Shown here: piece by piece, positions 11,990 through 23,789 of the stretch
How the letters are laid out: each line of letters opens with the position of its first letter
How positions within the stretch are numbered: the stretch's first letter is position 1
NCBI GenBank assembly: GCA_008632985.1
Contig: QPGO01000349.1
Span: forward strand, 1 to 50,465
Reading direction: 5' to 3'
DNA length: 50,465 nucleotides
Source: Psammoneis japonica
Lineage: Eukaryota
Position numbers and translations under genes: made by a program
The notes under the pieces: generated by a model
Seen by the model: the letters and a program-made list of their open reading frames with translations, nothing else
What the model was told of the DNA's origin: nothing
Databases searched by the model: none

Positions 11990-12697
11990 TAAGTGAATGT
12001 GGAAATGTGCGAAATTTACGCATTGTTGCAGTTTCTTTGCTGGATGGTTGGCCCTCATTTGTGGCCACACTCAATCCGCGGCGGCTCAAGTGAAAGTCCA
12101 TGTGCATGTGTTTTGCGCATTGATGCGGTTGTCTTCACCAAATGGTTGTTTGCAATTTGCTCAATTCCATTCTTTCTGGCCATGCTTCTTCTGAAGGGAC
12201 TTTGCTTGCTCCTTCTCCTGCTCCGCCATCTCCTCCTCGGTGAAAAATCTCCCCGACCGCTGTGGAATTGCCGCTGCACATGCTGCCTTTGGCTCCTCCA
12301 TGGTTGAGTCATCCTTGGGCGCGACTGTTGTTTCCACATGATGACTGTCCACTGTCGTGTTGTCTTGCACAAGTGCAGAAGTGACATCAAAATTTCCCGA
12401 AGCAAGGTCAAACGCCGCTCTTGCTTCTTCCAAGGTGATCTCCTCTTCGTCTTCCTTTTCATCAATGACTGAAGAAGTTCCGCATGTGTCTGCACCTTTT
12501 TCTTGTGTCCTCACCAGTTTTCTTTGGCTCGTCTGCCTTCTTTGTTTGTTGTTGCAAATCCATGTTTTCTCCATTGCTGCGTTTTCTGTGACGGTTGCGT
12601 TTGCGTTTCTTGGTTTGTTGGTTAAAATCCATTCGACGTTGTGTGACGCATGTGTGGATTTCTGCGCAATGTGCTGATCTAATCGAAGTGTTTTGTT

Positions 12698-15600
12698 TTA
12701 CGAAATTTCCGCATTTTTACGGTTGGGGTCGCTGGATGGTTGTGCAGTGGTTGAGCATCCTAATCCAATGTTTGCGCACCACATCAACATTTCTGCGTGC
12801 TGTTGCTGAGAAAAATGCGTGGCGCTTCTCTCCTTCATGAGTCTCATCAAGGCTTCGTAGCCTTCTGAGACCTTGCACTTTCGCAGGTCCTTGCTTGGTG
12901 GCTTTCGCATGAACAGCCCTTCTCTGGTCTTTACTCTGGAGAGCACAACATGCACCCAATTCTGAGTGTAGCTCCAAGAGTGTGCAAACAACTGCGGGAC
13001 TCCACTCCCTTGCAGTTTGTGCCCTGCAGTGGCATTGTTGATGACAAATGGCAGCTGGGTTGCCTTCAGTTGGAAAGTGTGCCTTTGTTTGTCGCCTTCT
13101 TCTAAAATTGGGCTGGGCTTGGCGATGCAAGCCCTGAAAGCATTTGTTTTTGGCTCAACTAAAAACTTCGCGGGGTCGATGCTTTTGTTGCAGTGTTCCA
13201 ATGCAACATGGTCTACCTGACCAGCAAGTGCAGCAGGAATGCCAATGTTGTTGTCTAAAGCCACCAGTCTTGGCTCCTGTCCTGGTTTGAGAACGACCTT
13301 GTCAACAGTGGCTTGCGTTCCGTTTGCTTGACCGTTTGCCACATTTTCGTTGAAAGGTGTCATGACTCTGCATCCTCTGTAAATTCGTAAGACTGGATCC
13401 ATTCTTCCTGATTGCATGACAACGTCTCCTTCACCACAGTTGTTCCAGAAGCTGTTGCAAACCGGAAATGGTTGGTAGAGTCTCGTGCCATTCTGCACCT
13501 GCAAGTCGTCACTGAAAATCAACATTGAGTCAAGGACGTCTCCATCTCTTCCATGCAGTGTTTTCACTCTTTTTTCGAACAGGCCAGCGTCAATTGCATC
13601 TCTGTCCTTATTTGCGTGCGTGGCATGGCGGAGGTCACTGGGCAGATCATCTTCGTTCTGAACTGCTCGTTCGTTGATGCACTCTATGTCATCAACTGCA
13701 ATCTCACCAGTGCGGAATCTCTTGAGCAGTTTTCCCCATGATGGATCGTCTTTAAACCTGTGTACACCACGAAGTTCCACGCAGCAGTTGATCCACTCGT
13801 GAAACTCGGGACATGCATCTTTGTGTGGTGGTTTCACTCCTTTTCCGACTGGCTCTAGTTGCCTGAGGTCACCTGCGAAAACAATGTTCATGCCACCGCA
13901 CGGCTTGCTTAATTCACTCTTCAACACTGTCAAATTCTCATGGAGTTTTTCTAGTTCTCTCTTGCTTGCAAAAGAAATCTCGTCTACCACCAAAAGTCTC
14001 GTGTCTGACCATGCTTCAATTTGCTCTTCGGTTGTTTGCTTTCTTCTCATGAGGTGTGCAACTCGGTGGATTGTGTCCCCTTTGAGAACAGTGGCAGCCA
14101 CTCCGGTCAGTGCAGTCACTCTGATTGTGCTTGTTGTGAACGGCTGCTCAACAAGCGAGCAACACTCTCTTCCGCATTCCACGACGAGGTGTTTTGTGGT
14201 TGATTTGCCACTTCCACCTGCACCATGTAAAAAACACACAAGTTGCAACGTTCCATGTCTTTGCACTTCCACGAGTTTCTTCAATCAGCGAAGGTTTGTT
14301 GCAAATTCGTGTCTGCCATTTCTCCTGTTAAGTCCATTGCGTGACGTCTCGTCTTGAAGAGCGTCTTGACAGTGAGTGAGCACAAAGGTTCCTGCCAGAA
14401 TTTCAAAGGCACGCTGCTGTTGCCTGTCCAGTCTTGCTTTCCCAGCCCAGTCTACGACACTCACTGCAGATCCGTTTGCTTGACGTACATCGACGTGTTC
14501 TTCCAGACCTGTTGCATCCTCAAACGACCTTCTTGTTCTTTGCGTTCTAGTCAGCATCACTCGAACAATGTCGTCTCTTGACAGTGGTCTGCTGTGGATG
14601 TGTTGTTGCACTCCTTCATTCTGGTCTTCCTCGTCGGTGTCATCGCCGCCCTCTAGATTCTCAAAAAGTTGTCGTTCATTGACCTGGCTTTCCTCGTTTG
14701 GTGGGTCAGTGTGCATGTCTGCCAAGCATTTGCAACCACCCATGTGCGAACCTTTCTGTCTTGCACGTTTACCGCTCAAATGCGCAGGAACAACTGCTTG
14801 GTCGCTCAACCCAATGTCATCGTCTTCTGGCTGCTCTGCCATTTCTTCCAAGAGTGCATCCAGTGGTTGACCCTGAACGGCGCCTGAAAGACCTTCTTCC
14901 TCATCACTTTCGCAACAGTCAAACGCAACGTCAGCAGGTCTAAATTGCTCTGTCTTTCTTTGCAGATCGTCAGATGCACTTTTGAGATGAAGGCAGTTGG
15001 ACTTGGCATCCTGTGGGTTCTGCAAGAAGTTCAAGTTTTCCTCTGTGACAACACCGGCTGCTGCGGAGAGTTGGAATTCACGCAGGCATGTGTGGGCCAT
15101 TGGTTTGAGTTCCGTCATTGTTCTGCAAGGCACAAACAAGGCCAATGCCAACTTGCAGTGCAATTCTTTGTCCAGTGTTGTTGGTTGCTGCGGATTCACA
15201 AGGCAACTGCCAAACTTGGCTGCATCAGGAAAATCACACTGAAGTGCTTTTAACAATCGCGGTTGCTGTCGCTGTCTGACACCTTGAAGAAACTCATTCT
15301 TTGTTGAATTGCAAGACGGGTGCCTGTGCGCTCTGTCATCGAACATCATCATGCCGTGTTCGTTTTTCTTTGTGTTGCGAAGAACTTCGCATTCACTAAA
15401 AAACGCAAACGGACTGAGATTCTCCAGTGCTGTTGGACGACACAGGCAGTGCAAGGCCTGGCATTGGAAGAACGGTGNNNNNNNNNNNNNNNNNNNNNNN
15501 NNNNNNNNNNNNNNNNNNNNNNNNNNNNNNNNNNNNNNNNNNNNNNNNNNNNNNNNNNNNNNNNNNNNNNNNNNNNNNNNNNNNNNNNNNNNNNNNNNNN

Positions 15601-18430
15601 NNNNNNNNNNNNNNNNNNNNNNNNNNNNNNNNNNNNNNNNNNNNNNNNNNNNNNNNNNNNNNNNNNNNNNNNNNNNNNNNNNNNNNNNNNNNNNNNNNNN
15701 NNNNNNNNNNNNNNNNNNNNNNGTAGTTCGAAGCACTTCGTCGTACGATGCAGCATCATCTTTCTGGGTGTCTTTTAGGATGTGCTTGGTCGTGCATTGA
15801 GTGGACAGTCCAGGCATCAATGAAGCAATGTTTGTGTTGCATGTCAGTTTTGATCTGCTCATTGCAGGGCACGACACGTTTTGAAAAGCATCGCACTTTC
15901 TCCTCTTCGGAACAACTTCCTTCACGCACCGACACGCAAAAGTCCCATCCCAGCTGAACCACTTTATCTGAGTGTCATCTGCGTTCCTTGCTGAATTATT
16001 TGGACACGAAGCAGCTGGTTGCCTGTGACGGCAGTCACCTGGTTTGAGCTCCTCTCGTTTCCTTTTCCTTGACAGCGCGTCCAGTTCCTCGTGTGGGGTT
16101 TTTTTATGCATTTTACGTAACTCTGCGCATTTGGGAAAACACGACTTCGTAACGTGCATGTGATGGTTGTAAGCTGCGTCCGGTGTGCATGCCTCTGTTG
16201 TCCCTTGCAGACCACTTCGCTGGCATTGTGCACACATTGCTTTTAGTCGCTTTGCATGGTTGTCTGGATGGCGAGTCAGGCCAGGTGCACGGTGCCGTGA
16301 CTGTAAAAAGCTTTCTACAAACTCGACGTTTGTCCAGTGCTTGGTGCAGTGATGACAACAAGCAAACATTCCGTTCTTCGACTGCTGGCCGTCTTTGTGC
16401 CTCAGGTTTCTTAGCTGTTGGTCGTCTGCTGCTTTTGGAGAGGTGCAACGCATTTTTGGTGCTGCACAGTCATGATCGAATGCTTCACGCAACGCGTTGG
16501 TGCTGAAGTCCTCGCTGCAGATTAATTCCGTGCTGCAGATCTTCTGAACTGTGTTGGTGAGGTGCTCAGCACCTTCGCGTCGGATCTGTCTCATTGGCGA
16601 ATGCAGTTTCTCTCTTGCATTGTTGATTGATGCGAGCCAGATCTGCATGTGTCCGTGTGCTGTCAGACGTCCCTGCTCCTCAACTGCGGCTAAAAATGCG
16701 GCTGGCCTGCCAGTGTAGAAGTTAAAGTTTTCTCTTGGTTGGTTGGTGCTCAGATCCCAACCCACCACCTCTTCCATTGCAATGTCAAACAAGCACTCGA
16801 GTGCAAAGGCTGTTAGACCGGGAAACTTTAGACGTGGTTCATTGCGTTGCTTGGCCCTGCCAGCAAGAATTTCGTCCGTCAGTTGTGTCACGTCTTCGTT
16901 TGGGTCCAGGATGACACCCGAGTGCAGTTGCACAAGAAACGAATTTGCATCGTCCGGACTGACGGTTAAGAAAATGCCACCCTGACCAAAATGATGCTGA
17001 CGAGTTTCGGCGTTTCTCCTCATTTTCTTTGCTGCTTCGTCGCTGTGTGGCAGAGACGCAGATGCAACGTCGAGTGCGCGCAAAAAGTGGTGCCCGAGTC
17101 CACAATCTCTTCTCTCGCCCAAGTTGCGATCACAAACAGCTCCATCCACATCGTCCACTGTCAGTTCGTTTGCAAACTGTGCAGCCTGATTCTTGTCCCT
17201 GACTTTCCACCCTGCGCTCTGTGGCATCCTTTGCTTCATTGTCAAGTTGCAGCATGTTAACACGAAGAGCTGCTCGTGGAAGTGAGGCTGGGAAATCCGT
17301 GCTGAGTGGTTGGCACAGTGTGCAAGGTTGGTGCCATCTGCAAGACTTCCGTCTTTCTTCATTCTCGTCTCATTGATTCCTCCTCTGCCAAAAGGAAACT
17401 GCAGCAGACACGCGTCAATGAAGTTGTTGCCTTTGAAATCACTCGCAGATTCTTCAGACAACTGTGCTTGCACCTCTAAATCAAATCCGTTGGCAGCAGC
17501 TTTGTGTGCAAGATCTTTGAAGCAGCCCAGGTTGCGCTGACCACCGGTCGCAGGAGACATGGTTCCATCAGGAAAGCAAATGTGAAATGACTCTGAGGTC
17601 TCAATGTTCGCATTTTCTCCTTCTTCTTTGCCGGTGCTGTCGACAAGCACGGGATTCCGCAGATTATGCCTGACTTCGTCTAGATTTGTCTGTTGGTGCA
17701 CCCACTCTTGGTTGTGGCACAACAGCCATTCCATCGCCCTTGGCATGCAGTGCGTCCCAACTCTGTTCTTTGAACGCGCAAGTTGTCTTTGCTCCGGAGT
17801 CATCTTTCCAGTCATCAGTGCAATCACATTCTGATGTAAATTCAGTGCGTCGAAGTGCACAACAGTTCTTACGATTCTTTGCATCTTGACTTTGTAGCAT
17901 GTCAGACTTCCCTGAAGCTTCTTCTGTTTGCCACCAAGGCAACTGAAGCAGCATCCGCATGTTTTCACTGGTGTGAGCATTGCCAATTCTACTTCGGTTA
18001 GAGACAACAGTTCGTGCAGCGGGGTGCCGAAACAGCAGTTGTTCGCTGTCGCGTACATTGGCACAACGGCTCTTCCCAGGCTTCTTCGGCATTCGCTGCA
18101 GCAAGTGAATCCGTCGACGCGTCGTCTGTCTTCCTGCACTGCGCATTGGGCGCGGGGAGAAAGCAGCAGGTCTTTGATCCAATCAGCATCTTCATGCTCT
18201 ACAGTGTGGCAGGACTTGAGACGATCAGATGCGCTGTTCCAGTCTGAAGGGGTGAGCAAGTTTCTTGCTGATTCCAGTGTTTCGAGCGGCAAGCAGCAAA
18301 CTTCTCTAGGTTTCAGCAGAACGTCACAGACCAAACATGCGTGTGGTCTAAATTCTCTGTCTCCATGTGGACAAAGCATCTCAAACTTTCTGTTGATTGC
18401 ATTGCAAACACGGGAGTTGGCCTCGTCCAT
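12698..18430 (-). pseudogene. Helitron-type Rep/HUH endonuclease - PIF1 helicase (RepHel, ~1910 codons, one in-frame TGA at 14285-14287, N gap 15478-15722)
   Basis: N-terminal Cys fingers and the LTEVELAML segment. Rep motifs FLTVSPD, VEEQGRLTAHGHMQIW (HUH) and CTTKHILK (YxxKY with both Tyr mutated). PIF1 motifs GAGGSGKS, TGVAA, VVDEIS, GDLRQL, GHKLQG and VVLSRV. The two listed ORFs are adjacent and in the same frame. Confidence 0.92.
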
Positions 18431-18504
18431 TTTAATTTAAGCTGATGCTTCAACTCGACAAATTTCAAGAAGTCACTCAGCAAAAACAGTTGTTTTTTCG
18501 GTGC

Positions 18505-19410
18505 GATCACCGTGAAGCTGCGATCGGTGCCATCCAATCACCACAGCGATGTGTGTTTTCTCGCCACCTGTGGCACTGCGACTGGTGTCGTCCAGTCACC
18601 GCAGTGGTTCTGTCCAGTTGATCAATGAACCGCGTCGGTGCTGCCCGTTCACCGCAGCGCTGTGTCGTCTTCTCACAACCTGTGCAATCAGGTCGCTGTG
18701 AGTGCTGCAACTGGTGCTGTCCAGTCACCGCAGCCGAGTTGATCAGTTGCTTGATGAACTGCGTTGGTGCCACCCGATCACCGCAGTGTTGTGTCGTGTT
18801 CTCACAACCTGTGCGATCAGGTCTCTGTGAGAGCTGCGACTGGTGTCGTCCAGTCACCGCAGCTGAGCTTGTGCGTTGTCTCACAACCTACGTTACGAGG
18901 TGCAGCGCTGTGTTGTTCACTCACAACCTGTGCAATCAGGTCGCTGTGAGAGCTGCGACTGGTGTCGTCCAGTCACCGCAGCCAAGTGAATCAGTTGCTT
19001 GACGAACTGCGTCGGTGCCATCCGATCACCGCAGCGTTGTGTCGTGTTCTCACAACCTGTGCGACCAGGTCTCTGTGAGAGCTGCGACTGGTGTCGTCCA
19101 GTCACCGCAGCTGAGCTTGTGCGTTGTCTCACAACCTACGTTACGAGGTGCAGCGCTGTGTTGTTCACTCACAACCTGTGCAATCAGGTCACTGTGAGAG
19201 CTGCGACTGGTGTCGTCCAGTCACCGCAGCCAAGTGAATCAGTTGCTTGACGAACTGCGTCGGTGCCATCCGATCACCGCAGCGTTGTGTCGTGTTCTCA
19301 CAACCTGTGCGACCAGGTCTCTGTGAGAGCTGCGACTGGTGTCGTCCAGTCACCGCAGCTGAGCTTGTGCGTTGTCTCACAACCTGCGTCACCAGGTCAC
19401 TGTGAGAACT
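18505..19410. repeat. Tandem array upstream of the RepHel start: ~120-128-bp subunits forming a 248-bp higher-order repeat
   Basis: Core CTGCGACTGGTGTCGTCCAGTCACCGCAG recurs at ~18577, 18705, 18834, 18953, 19082, 19201 and 19330; alternate copies are 248 bp apart. Confidence 0.95.
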
Positions 19411-20250
19411 GAGAACTACGGTTGGTGTGGCCCAATCACCGTGGTTGGATGCTTTTCGTTTCCCTTTGCGCAAAGGTTCTGTCACAAAAAAGTGAGACGA
19501 AAGTGTGCCTCTTTCACCTCGACGGAAGAGTGACGTGTGCGTTCCTCCCACGTCCTTCTTCGCAACAGACGCACGACATGCTGCTTAGTTTCGTTGACGT
19601 TGAACATCCCATGGGATGAGATTTGGATCTTGTTCAAGTTGTTTCGACCATCTGCTCTGAACATTCCATGGGGTAAGATTCGGATCTTGTTCAAGTTGGT
19701 TCGGCAATCTTGGTGGTGGGCGCAGCTTTGCGCAAATTCCGTAGAATCACAATTTAACGAGTGGCGGGGCAGTTGAGTTAGTCGTGTGGCAACAACAATG
19801 CGATTGACGTCATTCGTGTTTCCAAAGTGCGCGCGAATCCTCCAAATGGGTGATGGGCCCACCTTGGCTAACTGCCGGTGCAGTGTGTAGTGACAGCGAT
19901 GGCGTCGACCATTTGGTGACTAGATTTCGTGCGCGATGGCCGCGCGGCAGTAACGGCTGAAATGCACACGAAGCACGGATGGAATTGCACGTGATTTTAC
20001 GCATTTTCAGCAAACTTGGTGCGACTTTGCGTGCTCCGATCCTTGTGTCTGTTTTGTTCAAATTGAATCCATGCACCACTTGCAAGTGCTGACACCTGGA
20101 AGGTCACCTTGTTGCAGTTCGACGTGTTTGAATCTGGTTGCTGACGTTGCCAGTTCTCCTTGGCATGATGCGCGCAGCTCTGCTGGGTCTTTCTTGGCAC
20201 TTCTGAACGATCGCACTTTTTGTTCCCACAATTTCTCTCCGACTGATTCA

Positions 20251-20915
20251 ATGGCACGCAAAAGAAACACAACGACCTCCCCGGCTGCAAAAGCCAAAGT
20301 CGCCGAAACCAAACAGAAGAAGGCAAAGACGAAGTTTTCTGATGCTCTGTTGAAGAAACTAAGTCCGCCCCACAAGACCAACGGCTTGACCGACGACGAC
20401 CTTAAACCGGAAGACTGCCTTGCCAAGCACGGGTTCAAGCTTTCCAAATCCGCCGGTTCTGACGATGGCAGCCATTCCGACAAGGACGCCCTCCTGCGCT
20501 GCGCCACCGTCACTGTCGGCCGCAAGAAAGGCGTCATTTTTCGTCTCCAAGCCAAGAATCCCCTTTCAACCAATGTTTGGTCGGAGAAGGTTCTGTTTGA
20601 TGACCTTCGCAGCAGGACTCCGTGGGCGGCTCAAGTCGGATTCCACCCTTGCGCTGGCAGGTGGGTTCACGAGGGCGAGTTGCAGACGAACGCCAAGAAC
20701 TGCGCCGTGCGTCTCTTCTTCATCTTCCTCGAAGAAGTCCCAACCGATGCTAAAGTGCGCGGCCTCGGGAAGCACATTGCGAAGCAGCTGAACGATGACC
20801 CTGAGAACAACACCAAGGTCTTCGTTGAAGACGACTTCTTCTGGATGAAGGATGCTGTTTGGTCCGAAGTGATCGGCAACGAGGCAGCGCTTGCCGAGCT
20901 TCAGAAGGAAGGTGG
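20251..20915 (+). pseudogene. Hypothetical cargo gene (basic N-terminus, globular C-terminal part) disrupted by a MITE
   Basis: ATG at 20251 (MARKRNTTTSPAAKAK...), coding-like GC3-rich codon usage. The frame runs into the MITE at 20916. No family recognised. Confidence 0.55.
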
Positions 20916-21104
20916 GACGCGTTCCAGGTCTAGGTGGGACCTCGCACTGCTGAACTGTGACATCGACAGTTTTTTGAATCTCGTCGTATGTCGCGCACGT
21001 AGAATTCTACGTGATTTTTTGATATTTTGTGTCATTTTACGGCACACTTGTTGAGCGATCCGTCCAAAAACTTTTGACATTTTTTGTTACAGCGCGATTC
21101 TATA
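20916..21104 (+). mobile_element. MITE family A, 5' half (rest lost in N gap 21105-21436)
   Basis: GACGCGTTCCAGGTCTAGGTGGGACCTCG start, near-identical to the 11600 copy. Confidence 0.9.
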
Positions 21105-21589
21105 NNNNNNNNNNNNNNNNNNNNNNNNNNNNNNNNNNNNNNNNNNNNNNNNNNNNNNNNNNNNNNNNNNNNNNNNNNNNNNNNNNNNNNNNNNNNNNNN
21201 NNNNNNNNNNNNNNNNNNNNNNNNNNNNNNNNNNNNNNNNNNNNNNNNNNNNNNNNNNNNNNNNNNNNNNNNNNNNNNNNNNNNNNNNNNNNNNNNNNNN
21301 NNNNNNNNNNNNNNNNNNNNNNNNNNNNNNNNNNNNNNNNNNNNNNNNNNNNNNNNNNNNNNNNNNNNNNNNNNNNNNNNNNNNNNNNNNNNNNNNNNNN
21401 NNNNNNNNNNNNNNNNNNNNNNNNNNNNNNNNNNNNAACTGAGTGTCGATTGCAACTCAGCTTTCCTCTGTCTCTTCAAGTGTGCACCATCTCCGACGAC
21501 AACTTTGCGTTACCGCGAAGCAATGGCGAATTGAGTGGAGTAACTGGCGTGTGACGTCCAGCACAGTGACAGCAAAAAAACAGTTCAGT

Positions 21590-22265
21590 TTAGTTCTTAA
21601 GTGAAATTGGCCATTTCGCGACGGGCAAATGCTTCCGTTCCAAGTGTGTCGGAGTGGGACGTCGCATGTGCTGGCTGGTTGACTGAGAAGTCTGCTCTTT
21701 CTTGGTGTGCTTGTGGAAGACGAGATGTTTCACGTCTCCGCTGTGCCACAAAAAGTCGCCATCATGGTGATCCGCCGTGAAGGACTCGCACATCCACTCT
21801 CCCGCGTGCGACGCGAACAGCGGATCTAGCGCCACCACCACGGTCCCAGCACGACACAACTTCGAAAGCATCGCCTCTGCCTTCTGCTGTGTGTTCTTGT
21901 CGTCGACCATGCGGGAGTTGCAGTTGTTGAAGAACACCTTGAGTCCTCTCTTTTTCCACAAAGGAGCCAGCCTCTTGTCCAAGAATGACTTGTTGATCAA
22001 CTCTGACCTGGCGTTCGAGCGAAGGCCAGCATGATGAGCCCAACGTACAGCCTCTTGGTGACGATCGTGGTCGGCCTCGATGCTCACCATGGTGCAACGG
22101 CGACGAAGTAACTTGAGCCCGATGCTGGGTCCGGCAACTCCCCCACCCATGTCGACAGATGTGTCGCAGGTGTGATTCACGCCAAGAAGGCGTTCGTTCA
22201 AAAACACTTCGCTGCTCAAAGTGTGGGGGTTTGGGACGTGCAGCTCGCAGCCCGACAACAAGCAA
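21590..22265 (-). pseudogene. Class I SAM-dependent methyltransferase, DOT1 (H3K79)-like
   Basis: Motif I DTSVDMGGGVAG, acidic strand 2 VSIEAD, KSFLD, VFFNN (DOT1 'ifvNN') and GTVVVALDPL, in the order and spacing seen in DOT1-family domains. 5' end unclear. Confidence 0.55.
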
Positions 22266-22270
22266 GTGCT

Positions 22271-22445
22271 TCTCTCGATTGGGTTTCGACCCCACTCCCC
22301 TGGAGTCCGCCGGTCCCTGTCAACAGAGTTTTGCTTTGGGTGCTCTTGAGGCAACGGAAAGCAGACACATCTCTCGATCAGGTTTTGACCCCACTCCCCT
22401 GGAGTCCGCCGGTCCCTGTCGACGGAGTTCTGCTTTGGGCACTGT
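22271..22445. repeat. ~100-bp-spaced direct duplication between the methyltransferase and dioxygenase genes
   Basis: CTCTCGAT..GGTTT.GACCCCACTCCCCTGGAGTCCGCCGGTCCCTGTC.AC.GAGTT.TGCTTTGGG at ~22272 and ~22371. Confidence 0.85.
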
Positions 22446-22448
22446 TGA

Positions 22449-23567
22449 GACGACAGTGACAGTGTCAAGCAGCGGAACATTTGCCGGTGAGTTCGCACAC
22501 ACATTCTCTGCGAACACCGCATCGTCAATGCGCACCAGGACACACGAGAACGTGTTGAGGGCTCAACCGCCACTTCACAAGGCCCACCGCAGCGCAGCGA
22601 TCCGCAGCCGGCCAGCAGGAAAACATCCAAGATTGCTCGCCTCGTTCCACTGGCACCGTGCGCCACTAAGAGTCTCTCCGTACACTGCGTAGCCAACCGC
22701 ACTCTAGTTTGTAACGGCGACTACACTCAGCCTGCACCACCTTGTCTTGCTGACATTGACTTTGCCGAATTGGCTCCTCTGCTCGTCTGTGACCCTGTGC
22801 TCGATCTGAAGCCTTTCTTTGGCTTGGACGGTTGCCGCTGCGACAACACCTGCACCCTGCTGCCGCATTCTGCTGTGGTGTTCAGCTCCCCCAACCCAGC
22901 AGAACTAGTTGCTCAGTGCCAAGCGCTCGAAGCACTAGAATGCTGCACCGCCCAGTCCACCGTGCGCGGCAAACAACGCGTTGCCTTCATGGAGACGGAC
23001 AGGAGCAAGTGTTCCACGATTGGCCTGGCTGCCACGAGGGACGCTCGAATTTCTTGCAAGCAGCCTGGCATGGCCGACCAACACACTCACCACCTCACCA
23101 GACTTCTTTCATGCATGGAGCACCTTGTCAATGAGCACGTGGACTGTGCCATCCTTGGGGGCATCGCTCGTGTCAAAAAGTTTCACAACTGGAAATCCCT
23201 GGCACGGTCAGATGGCATTTTCTCCTCTCTGGCGGCTGGGTGCAATGTCTTCCTCAACGCCCATCGGGACCAGGACTTCTTCCTGTCAGCAGTCACCGTG
23301 GTGGGAGTCCCTCCATCCGGCAGCTGCAACATGAATGACGGGATTGTGGCGCACTTCTGCTTCCCTGCTGAAGGCATCTCCGTTGCACTCCGGCTTGGTG
23401 ATGTCATCATTTTTAACCCCACCAAGTGCCACTGCATCTCCAGCAGGACAAACTCAAACGACGAGTTCTTCTGCGTGTCGCTCTACCTGAAGAGTGCTGC
23501 AGTGGGCAAGAACAACAATTCAATCCCCCTTTCTCTAGAGGAAGAGACCATTCTCAGGCGACTGTGA
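22449..23567 (+). pseudogene. 2OG-Fe(II) dioxygenase, TET/JBP-like
   Basis: HxD (NAHRDQD), FCFP..GISVALRLGDVIIFNP, distal His (K-C-HCISSR) and terminal strand CVSLYLK. The frame is open from 22449 but no ATG was identified. Confidence 0.65.
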
Positions 23568-23789
23568 CAGCACAAAATAACTTGCTAAATTTGCGTAGAT
23601 TTGCTGACTTTCTGCACTCAGGCGACTGTGCAGGTGCCTGCTAATTCGCTAGATTTGCGTAAATTTACCGACTTTCTGTTCTTCCTCGTTCCCATTTTTC
23701 GAACCACAACTGGGGCTACGCCTTTCCAACTGATGCCACAGTTTCGCTGAAAAACACCAACACACTGCACTGCTAATTTACAGAGCACA

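Noticed and set aside
12055..12690. Acidic low-complexity ORF fragments downstream of the helicase
   Set aside because: No recognisable domain and shifting frames; not enough support for a call.
14285..14287. Programmed readthrough or selenocysteine at the in-frame TGA of RepHel (and other TGAs)
   Set aside because: More simply explained as CGA->TGA CpG decay in a dead element whose catalytic tyrosines are also lost.
18505..19410. CRISPR-like repeat-spacer appearance
   Set aside because: The intervening sequences are themselves repeated rather than unique, no cas genes are present, and the context is eukaryotic.
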